NCBI GenBank assembly: GCA_050174915.1
Contig: JBFXJL010000002.1
Coordinates: forward strand, 325,553-389,552
DNA from: Elusimicrobiales bacterium
GTDB lineage: Bacteria; Elusimicrobiota; Elusimicrobia; Elusimicrobiales; UBA9959
Length of the DNA stretch: 64,000 nucleotides
Direction: 5' to 3'
Shown: positions 44,146 through 51,469 of the stretch, in pieces
Position numbering within the stretch: position 1 is the first letter of the stretch
How the letters are laid out: every line of letters begins with the position of its first letter
Notes under the pieces: generated by a model
What the model saw: the letters and a program-made list of their open reading frames with translations, nothing else
Told to the model about the DNA's origin: nothing
Database searches by the model: none
Made by a program: the position numbers and the translations under genes

Positions 44146-45524
44146 ACTTCTTTTCCACGCTTAAATTCCGCATACTGCTCTCCTACGTGCTGGTAGTGTT
44201 GTTCGCGCTGGCGGTGACGCTGTACCTGCTGGACCGCTCCGGCGCGCTGCCGCTGCACGGGGTGCCCGGCGGCGCCGCCCAGGCGTTCGCGCTGTCCGCC
44301 GTCTTCGCGCTGGGCGTGGGCTGGCTGGTGACGGCCCTGCTGGCCCGGCAGTTCGGTGAGATAGTAGCCGGCTCCAAGCGCTTCGCCGCCGGCGATTTCG
44401 GCTACCGCATCCCGGTCGGCTCCTCCGGCGAGCTTAGGAAGCTTTCGGAAACCCTTAACTACATGGCCGGGGAGCTCGGGGCCAAGGCGCGCGACGCCGA
44501 GCTGCGCCGCCTGGAGCTGGAGGCCGCTTTTCGCGACATGCCGGAGGCCATCCTGGTCGCCGACGGCGCCGGCGTGATCACCCACATCAACGACCGCGCC
44601 CGCCAGCTGATGGGCGTGAAAGGTTTCGAGCCGGAGGGCATGCGCCTCTCCGGTATGCCGGCCGGCCCCGAGCTCTCCTCGGCCGCCATCAAAGCCCTGT
44701 CCAGCGGCCAGCCGGTGCAGCTGGAGGTGGAGCCGGCCTCCGCTCCGGGTATGGTGCTCGGGATCAGCGCTTCGCCGTTAGTGGCGGGCGGCGCGGTGCG
44801 CGGCTGCGTGCTGGTGGCGCGCGACGTCACCGGCCCCCGCCGGCTGGAGAACCTGCGCAGGGATTTCGTGGCCAACGTCTCGCACGAGCTCAAGACGCCG
44901 CTGACCGTCATAAAGGGAAGCGCCGAGACGCTGCTCTCCGGCGCGCTGGAGGACAGGGAGCACGGCCCGGCCTTCGCCCGCAGCATCTACGAGCAGGCCG
45001 TGCGCCTGGAGAAACTGGTGGCGGACCTGCTGAACATCTCCTACGCCGAGTCCGGGCGCGCCGTACCGGAGGCTGCGGCGCTGCGCCTCGACGAACTCGT
45101 GGCCGGCACCGCCGCCGGCCTGGCCGCGCTGTTCGCGGCCCGCGGGGTCTTCCTGGTCAACGCGGTGCCAGCCGGGCTGGAGGCGCGGGCCGACCGCGAC
45201 AAGCTTTCGCAGGTGCTCATCAACCTGCTGGATAATGCCGCCAAGTTCAACCGCGAGGGGGGGGCCGTAAAGGTCACCGCCGCGCGGGACGGCGGCTTCG
45301 TTAAAGTGACAGTCGAGGACGAGGGCCCGGGCATCCCGGCCCGCCACCTGCCGCATATCTTCGAGCGCTTCTACCGGGTGGACAAGGCCCGCTCTAGAGA
45401 GCTGGGCGGCACCGGCCTGGGCCTCTCCATAGTAAAGCATCTCGTGGAGCTGCACGGCGGCTCCGTGGGGGTGGACAGCGCCGAGGGGCGCGGGTCCTCC
45501 TTCTGGTTCACGCTGCCGGCCTGA
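44142..45524 (+). CDS. phoR: Sensor histidine kinase (HAMP-PAS-HisKA-HATPase), PhoR-like
   Basis: The H-box 'SHELKTPLT', 'NLLDNAAKF' and 'GTGLGLSIVKH' are present. The ATGA start/stop overlaps the regulator gene. Confidence 0.75.
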   Translation: MNFFSTLKFRILLSYVLVVLFALAVTLYLLDRSGALPLHGVPGGAAQAFALSAVFALGVGWLVTALLARQFGEIVAGSKRFAAGDFGYRIPVGSSGELRKLSETLNYMAGELGAKARDAELRRLELEAAFRDMPEAILVADGAGVITHINDRARQLMGVKGFEPEGMRLSGMPAGPELSSAAIKALSSGQPVQLEVEPASAPGMVLGISASPLVAGGAVRGCVLVARDVTGPRRLENLRRDFVANVSHELKTPLTVIKGSAETLLSGALEDREHGPAFARSIYEQAVRLEKLVADLLNISYAESGRAVPEAAALRLDELVAGTAAGLAALFAARGVFLVNAVPAGLEARADRDKLSQVLINLLDNAAKFNREGGAVKVTAARDGGFVKVTVEDEGPGIPARHLPHIFERFYRVDKARSRELGGTGLGLSIVKHLVELHGGSVGVDSAEGRGSSFWFTLPA

Positions 45525-45654
45525 CTCCCTTAACCTGGCCATGCCCAGGCCCGGCCTGGGCCCTCTTTCACCGGGGGCCTGGGCCTTTAGCCTCATCCGC
45601 CGCGGCCGCCCCGTTGCTACACTATAGGTATAGACGGCGGTACAAGGTGAAAAA

Positions 45655-46848
45655 ATGAACAAGATTTTCCATCTGGCGGTTGCGGCGGCGATAGCCCTGG
45701 CTTATGCCGGTTCCCTGGGCGCGGCAGAACCCGTCTCTCCTTTCGACGGCGGCGGCCTCTCGTTCTCCGGCCAGAACGCCGAGCTGCCCGCGGTGCCGGC
45801 CCCGGCCAGCGCCGAGCCCGAACTTGAACAGGCCCCGGTACCCGCCCACGGCTTCAGCGCCGGCCAGCTCGGCGAGATGCGCGCCCATAACGCGGGCCTG
45901 CTGGGCGCCCATAACAAAGGCCTCTCCTTGGGGGACGAGGACCGCGCGGTGCGCAAGTACCGCCCCTACGCCGACTACGAAGCCCCCGGCTACCTGATCA
46001 TGAGCGCCGATTTTAATTTCAACTCCCGCCAGGCCAAGCTGCTGATGGCCAGCAAGCTGCCGGCCGACGCCACCCTGGTCATCTTCACCGATTACGACGA
46101 CGCCTCCGTCAAGGAGAACATCCTGCGCGCCTACGAGAGCGTGATCCCCCGCTCCCGCGTGAAAGTTATCGCGCTGCGCGGCGCCAGACAGGGCTTCTGG
46201 GCGCGCGACGGCATCCCGGTGCCCGCCATCGACGGGGCCGGCCGGCTGGTGGTGGTGGACGCCGTGTACGGCCACCGCTTCGAGCCCGACGCCCAGATCT
46301 CGCAGCTCTTCGGCGCCGGCCTCGAGAAGCACCAGTATTATTACGAAGGCGGCAACTACATGGCCAACGCCGCCGGCGACTGCATCATGGTCAACCACGG
46401 CTACCACACCCAGATCCCCGACAGCGTTTTCACGGGCCAGTACGGCTGCAGCCGCATGATACGCCTGCCCTTCGTGGACGGCATCGGCCACATCGACGAG
46501 CACGTGCGCTTCATCAGCGAAAAAGTGCTGGTCACCGACCTGCCCCAGTACAAGGACACCCTGCAGGGCCTGGGCTTCACCGTGCACATGCTGCCCAAGC
46601 CCAGCGGCCCCTATGAGACCTACGTGAACTCGCTGCTGATGAACGACCAGATCATAGTGCCGGTGTTCAACCGCGCCAGCGACGCGCAGGCCCTGGCCGT
46701 TTACGAGAGCCTCGGCCTCAAGGCCAGCGGCGCCGATTCCCGCTCCCTCTCCAACCAGGGCCAGGGCTCGGTGCACTGCATCACGATGACCTACCCCAAA
46801 GTGCCGATGACCAACCTGCTCAAGGCCCTGGGCGCCAGGGAAATCTAA
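45655..46848 (+). CDS. Agmatine deiminase / Porphyromonas-type peptidyl-arginine deiminase family protein with a signal peptide
   Basis: 'MNKIFHLAVAAAIALAYAGSLGAAEP' is a signal-like N-terminus. The C-terminal catalytic-Cys motif reads 'GQGSVHCITM'. 'WARDGIP' and 'DEHVRF' motifs are also present. Confidence 0.7.
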   Translation: MNKIFHLAVAAAIALAYAGSLGAAEPVSPFDGGGLSFSGQNAELPAVPAPASAEPELEQAPVPAHGFSAGQLGEMRAHNAGLLGAHNKGLSLGDEDRAVRKYRPYADYEAPGYLIMSADFNFNSRQAKLLMASKLPADATLVIFTDYDDASVKENILRAYESVIPRSRVKVIALRGARQGFWARDGIPVPAIDGAGRLVVVDAVYGHRFEPDAQISQLFGAGLEKHQYYYEGGNYMANAAGDCIMVNHGYHTQIPDSVFTGQYGCSRMIRLPFVDGIGHIDEHVRFISEKVLVTDLPQYKDTLQGLGFTVHMLPKPSGPYETYVNSLLMNDQIIVPVFNRASDAQALAVYESLGLKASGADSRSLSNQGQGSVHCITMTYPKVPMTNLLKALGAREI

Positions 46849-46867
46849 ACTTCCTCAGGCAAGAGAG

Positions 46868-46898
46868 TGCGCGGGCCCGGGTGCCCGCGCATTTTTTT
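46868..46898 (+). terminator. Rho-independent terminator
   Basis: The stem tgcgcgggc / gcccgcgca is followed by T7. Confidence 0.8.
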
Positions 46899-46908
46899 GT
46901 CCCGGTTC

Positions 46909-46962
46909 TTTACACGGACTTTACACGGGCTTTAACCGGCCTTGACCGGCTTTGTTTAAACT
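46909..46962 (+). promoter_or_regulatory. Array of four Pho-box-like direct repeats at 11-bp period plus a candidate -10 (TAAACT) upstream of DUF47-pit
   Basis: TTTACA lies at 46909 and 46920, TTTAAC at 46931, TTGACC at 46942 and TAAACT at 46957-46962. Confidence 0.55.
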
Positions 46963-46993
46963 ATGGCCAGACCGAGAGCGAAAGGAGAGAATC

Positions 46994-47620
46994 ATGAGCT
47001 TCAATTTTCTGCCGAAAGAAGAGAGGTTCTTCGACTTCCTCACCCAGCAGGCCGAGAACCTGATGAAGGCCGCGGAGTTTTTTAAGGCCGCCATCAAGGA
47101 CGGCCGCCTGGACGAGGACGAGGTGAAGAAGATCCACGCGCTGGAGCAGGAGGGCGACACCCTGGCCCACGAGATCACGGACATGCTCAACCGCACCTTC
47201 ATCACCCCCATAGACCGAGAGGACATCTACGCGCTGGCCAACCAGCTTGACGACGTGCTGGACATGCTCAACGCAATGGCCGGCCGCATGAAACTCTACA
47301 AGCTCAACCCCTCGGACGAGTATTTCGCCCAGTTCATAGACCTCATCGACCAGGCCGCGGCCGCGCTGGCCAACGCCGTCAAGCACATGTCCGACACCAA
47401 GCGGCAGCGCCGCGTGCTGGACTACTGCATAGAGATCAACCGCCTTGAGAACCTCGGCGACGCCGTGCGCGAGAAGGCCATCGGCAACCTCTTCGAGAAT
47501 GAGAAAGATCCGATGCAGGTCATCAAGTGGAAGGAGATCTACGAGGTGGCCGAAGGCACGCTGGACAAATGCGAGCACGTTGCCAAGGTGATCGAGTCCA
47601 TTTTGGTGAAGCATGGATAG
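46994..47620 (+). CDS. DUF47 / PhoU-like phosphate-transport accessory protein (YkaA family)
   Basis: The ATG at 46994 follows the SD 'aaaggagag'. 'FFDFLTQQAENL' and 'HALEQEGDTLAHEI' are present, and the gene pairs with a Pit transporter gene. Confidence 0.8.
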   Translation: MSFNFLPKEERFFDFLTQQAENLMKAAEFFKAAIKDGRLDEDEVKKIHALEQEGDTLAHEITDMLNRTFITPIDREDIYALANQLDDVLDMLNAMAGRMKLYKLNPSDEYFAQFIDLIDQAAAALANAVKHMSDTKRQRRVLDYCIEINRLENLGDAVREKAIGNLFENEKDPMQVIKWKEIYEVAEGTLDKCEHVAKVIESILVKHG

Positions 47621-48611
47621 CACGCTGCTGGCCATAATCGCGCTGGTCGGCCTGGCGCTGTTCTTCGACTTCCTCAACGGCTTCCACGACGCGGCCAACT
47701 CGATAGCCACCATCGTCGCCACCCGCGTGCTGTCCCCCAAGTACGCCGTCATCTGGGCCGCTTTCTTCAACTTCATCGCCTTCCTGTTCTTCGGCCTGCA
47801 TGTGGCCGGCACGATAGGCAAGGGGATAATCGATATAGGCCAGGTGGACGCTTTCGTCATCTTCGGCGCCCTGATAGGCGCCTGCGCCTGGAATATCATA
47901 ACCTGGTATTACGGCATCCCGTCCAGCTCCTCGCACGCGCTGGTGGGAGGCCTGATAGGCGCCGCCCTGGTGAAAGCCGGGCCGCAGATGCTGGTGATGA
48001 GCGGCATCATCAAGACGGTGGCGTTCATCTTCATCTCGCCGATGGTCGGCTTCCTGCTGGCGCTGGTCATCGGGGTGCTGGTGTATAACCTCTTCGCCCG
48101 GTCCACGCCGGCCAAGGTGGATCATATCTTCCGCAAGGGGCAGCTGGTCAGCGCGGCGCTCTACAGCCTCGGCCACGGCGGCAACGACGCCCAGAAGACC
48201 ATGGGCATCATCGCCGGCCTGCTGTTCAGCGCCGGTTACCTGCAGGGCGAGTTCCACATCCCCCTCTGGGTGGTGCTGTCCGCCCAGGCGGCCATAGCGC
48301 TGGGCACCATGAGCGGCGGCTGGCGCATAGTGAAGACCATGGGCGACAAGCTTTCCAAGCTGCGCCCGGTGGACGGCTTCTGCGCCGAGGGCGCCGCCTC
48401 GCTGGTGCTCTTCGGGGCCAACGCGATGGGCGTGCCGATAAGCACCACGCATACCATCACCGGCGCCATAGTGGGCGTCGGCACGATTAAAAACGCGAAG
48501 GCGGTAAAATGGGGCGTGGCCGGCAACATAGTCTGGGCCTGGGTCATCACCATCCCGGCCGCGGCCGCCATCTCGGCTGGCTCCTACTGGCTGGCCGTCA
48601 GGTTATTCTAA
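47613..48611 (+). CDS. pitA: Inorganic phosphate transporter, PiT (PHO4) family
   Basis: 'FLNGFHDAANSIAT' and 'GHGGNDAQKTMG' signatures are present. The gene overlaps the DUF47 gene by 8 nt. Confidence 0.9.
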   Translation: MDSTLLAIIALVGLALFFDFLNGFHDAANSIATIVATRVLSPKYAVIWAAFFNFIAFLFFGLHVAGTIGKGIIDIGQVDAFVIFGALIGACAWNIITWYYGIPSSSSHALVGGLIGAALVKAGPQMLVMSGIIKTVAFIFISPMVGFLLALVIGVLVYNLFARSTPAKVDHIFRKGQLVSAALYSLGHGGNDAQKTMGIIAGLLFSAGYLQGEFHIPLWVVLSAQAAIALGTMSGGWRIVKTMGDKLSKLRPVDGFCAEGAASLVLFGANAMGVPISTTHTITGAIVGVGTIKNAKAVKWGVAGNIVWAWVITIPAAAAISAGSYWLAVRLF

Positions 48612-48627
48612 ACGGTCGCGGGCGAAG

Positions 48628-48664
48628 GAAGGCGGAGCCGGACGGCTCCGCCTTCTTTATTTAT
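48628..48664 (+). terminator. Rho-independent terminator
   Basis: A 12-bp stem gaaggcggagcc / ggctccgccttc is followed by tttattt. Confidence 0.75.
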
Positions 48665-48711
48665 TATAAAATATAGGACTGGAGCGCGCCGCGCAAGGGA
48701 CCGGTCCCGAC

Positions 48712-49440
48712 ATGAAAGTTTTTGTAATAATACCGACCTACAATGAAAAAGAGAACATAGGCGGCCTCGTGAAGAGGGTTTTGGCGCTGCCTGTCTCCGC
48801 CGAGGCCGTGGTGGTGGACGATAATTCGCCGGACGGCACCGGAGCGCTGCTGGATTCTTTGGCCGCGGGCGAGCCGCGCCTGCACGTGCTGCACCGCCCC
48901 GGCAAACTGGGACTGGGCACCGCCCACGTGGCGGGGCTGCGCTACGCGCTGGGCAAAGGCGCGGACCTGCTGGTGACCATGGACGCGGACCTGTCGCACG
49001 ACCCCGCCTATATCCCGGCCATGCTGGAGGCCGCCGCCGGCTGCGACCTGGTTATAGGGTCGCGCTATACCGCGGGCGGCGGGGCCGTGAACTCGCCCCT
49101 GCCGCGGCGCGCGCTGTCGCGCGGGGCCAACCTGTTCGCCAAGATCATGCTGGGCCTCAGGGCCGGCGACTGCACGGCGGGCTTCCGCTGCTACCGCGCC
49201 GCGGTGCTCCGCGCCCTTGACCTGGACGCCATAGTGGCGGACGGCTATTCTTTCCTGATAGAAATCCTGAGCGCCATAGAGGCCCGGGGCTTCACGGTGG
49301 GCGAAGTGCCTATAAAATTCATGGACCGGGAACTTGGCGCCTCCAAGATCTCCAGGAAAGAGATCAGCAAGGCGGTATATACGGTGCTGCGGCTGGCTTT
49401 TCGTCCGGCTTCGGCGAGAGAGGGGGGGAAACGTGCCTGA
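48712..49440 (+). CDS. GT2 polyprenol-phosphate mannose/glucose synthase (Dpm1-like)
   Basis: 'VIIPTYNEKENI', 'VVVDDNSPDGT' and 'MDADLSHDP' are present. Confidence 0.8.
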   Translation: MKVFVIIPTYNEKENIGGLVKRVLALPVSAEAVVVDDNSPDGTGALLDSLAAGEPRLHVLHRPGKLGLGTAHVAGLRYALGKGADLLVTMDADLSHDPAYIPAMLEAAAGCDLVIGSRYTAGGGAVNSPLPRRALSRGANLFAKIMLGLRAGDCTAGFRCYRAAVLRALDLDAIVADGYSFLIEILSAIEARGFTVGEVPIKFMDRELGASKISRKEISKAVYTVLRLAFRPASAREGGKRA

Positions 49441-50032
49441 AGAAGCCGCCAAGCCGGAAAATTTCAAGGACATCTTCCGGGCCTCCGGCCCGCTGAGCCG
49501 CCTGCGGATAGCCTTTCATACGGACCGTTACCGCAAAGTTGTCGCGATGCTCAACCCCGGCCGCGTGCTGGACATAGGCTGCGGCAGGCCGTGCGAGGTC
49601 CTGCCTGACCAGGCTTTCCTGCGCTTCCTCGGCCGCCCCGGCTCAGTCGGGCTGGATCTTAAGAGGATAGAAGGTCCCTACGAATTCCGCCAGGGCAGCG
49701 TGCTCGCCCTGCCGTTCGGGGACGGCGAACTCGACAATGTCACGGCGATGGAGATCCTCGAGCATATCACGGAGGTCCGCGGGGCGCTGAAGGAAATAAA
49801 GCGCGTGCTGCGGCCCGGGGGCGTGCTGGTGATGTCCACCCCGGACAACAGCCCGCTCTGGAACCTTATTTGGGGCGTCTGGTCCGCCACGGTGGGCCGC
49901 ATGTGGCACCACGAGCACGTGATCTCCTATAACGCCGGGCAATGGCGGGCGCTGTTGGAAGAGCAGTTCTCCGTCACCGAGTTCAAGCGGAACTGGCGCT
50001 TCGACCTGGTCTTCCGCTGCGTGCCGCGCTAA
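49433..50032 (+). CDS. Class I SAM-dependent methyltransferase
   Basis: 'VLDIGCG' and 'LDNVTAMEILEHI' are present. The proposed GTG start at 49433 follows 'gagagaggggggg' and overlaps the upstream stop; the start is uncertain. Confidence 0.65.
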   Translation: MPEEAAKPENFKDIFRASGPLSRLRIAFHTDRYRKVVAMLNPGRVLDIGCGRPCEVLPDQAFLRFLGRPGSVGLDLKRIEGPYEFRQGSVLALPFGDGELDNVTAMEILEHITEVRGALKEIKRVLRPGGVLVMSTPDNSPLWNLIWGVWSATVGRMWHHEHVISYNAGQWRALLEEQFSVTEFKRNWRFDLVFRCVPR

Positions 50033-50044
50033 CGCTCCGCGAGA

Positions 50045-51427
50045 ATGGAAAACAATAAAAAATTCACCGCCGCCCTGGGCCTTGTGCTGTTACTGGCCGC
50101 CGGCTTGCGCCTGGTGCCGCTGCTTGCGCTCGGCCCTCAGGTAGAGCCGGATACGCGGCCTTACCTGCAGGTGGCCGGAATCCTGGCCGAAACCGGGGAT
50201 TTTTCCTGGGTGGACGACGTCACCGGCCGGCTGGAGCCCTACGCCTACCGCATGCCGCTTTTTCATCTTTTTACGGCCGGGCTTATGAAAGTTTTCGGCC
50301 CGGAAGTTTCCGCGCAGCTGGCCGCGGCTAACGTCCTGCTTTCCCTGCTGGTCGTGCTTATGACCGGCCTGTTTTTCCGCTCTGTCGCCGGCGCCCCCGC
50401 CGGGCTGTTGGCCGCCGGGCTGGCCGCGCTGAACCCGAACGCTATTTTTAACTCGGCCCTGCTGCTTACCGACAGCTACTTCGCCGTCTTCGTCCTTCTC
50501 TCGGCGGTCGCCGGCCTGGCCGCCCTGCGCCGCCGCTCCGGCGCGGCCTTCTTCCTGTGGGGCCTCTCCATAGGGTTGTGCTCCATGGTCAGGCCCATCA
50601 TGAAATTCTACTGGCCGGTGCCGTTGCTGCTGGTGCTGCTGCCCTGGTTCAGGGCCTCGCTGCGGGAGAAGGCGCGGCTGGGCCTGCTGTGCGCCGCCGG
50701 GGCCGGGCTGCTGCTGCTGCCCTGGGCCGCGCGGAATTACAGCCGGCTGGGTTTTTTCGGGCTGGAACTCAACCAGGGCGTGAACACTCTCTGGTCCACT
50801 ATCGACATGGTGCGGCCCTCCACGCCGGAACAGGCGGCGGCCGACCCGTTGCAGGCCCGGGTGAGGGACATAGTGGCGAACAGCGCCGGTCCCCTGCCGG
50901 CCGAAACCGAGATACGAGTGCGGCTGGGCCTCTCCCTGCCGGAAACCAGCGCCGCGATGTCGCGCCTGGGCGTAGAGACCGTGCTGAACAACCCCGGCGG
51001 TTTCCTGCTGCGTTTCCTGCGGAACGCCGCCAATATCGCCACTTCTCCCAGCGCCGTGCTGGAACTGGCCGGCCGCCTGGCCGGCGGCGGCGCCGAATCC
51101 TTGCCGGGCCTCGCGGAGGCGGCAAAGGAGCGGCACTGGTTCTCCCTGGCCTTGAATCTCGGGACCAGGGCCGTGCTGGCCGTTATCTTTTTTGTACTCG
51201 CCCCGCTGGGAGCGCTGCTGCTGTGGCGCCGCGCCGGCGACACGGGCAGGCTGGAACTGCTCATGCTGGTTTCGGTGGTAGGCTACACCATAACTCTTAC
51301 GGCGATGGTGGCCGGGTATGACCGGTACCGCCTGCCGCTCGACCCGCTGCTTTTCGGCTTTGCCGCCGCCTGGCTCGTGGAAAAACTGCGCGGTCCCGCC
51401 CGGGGCCTGCCGGGCAAAATTGTATAA
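50045..51427 (+). CDS. Polytopic membrane glycosyltransferase, GT39/ArnT/PMT_2-like
   Basis: The product has about 10-12 TM helices. The N-terminal loop 'EPDTRPYLQVAGILAETGDF' resembles the DxD/ExD loop of GT-C enzymes. The gene is adjacent to the Dpm1-like synthase gene. Confidence 0.65.
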   Translation: MENNKKFTAALGLVLLLAAGLRLVPLLALGPQVEPDTRPYLQVAGILAETGDFSWVDDVTGRLEPYAYRMPLFHLFTAGLMKVFGPEVSAQLAAANVLLSLLVVLMTGLFFRSVAGAPAGLLAAGLAALNPNAIFNSALLLTDSYFAVFVLLSAVAGLAALRRRSGAAFFLWGLSIGLCSMVRPIMKFYWPVPLLLVLLPWFRASLREKARLGLLCAAGAGLLLLPWAARNYSRLGFFGLELNQGVNTLWSTIDMVRPSTPEQAAADPLQARVRDIVANSAGPLPAETEIRVRLGLSLPETSAAMSRLGVETVLNNPGGFLLRFLRNAANIATSPSAVLELAGRLAGGGAESLPGLAEAAKERHWFSLALNLGTRAVLAVIFFVLAPLGALLLWRRAGDTGRLELLMLVSVVGYTITLTAMVAGYDRYRLPLDPLLFGFAAAWLVEKLRGPARGLPGKIV

Positions 51428-51469
51428 TTGTATACCGATTTTAGCGCTTAAAAGGACCTCCGGAGCAAT

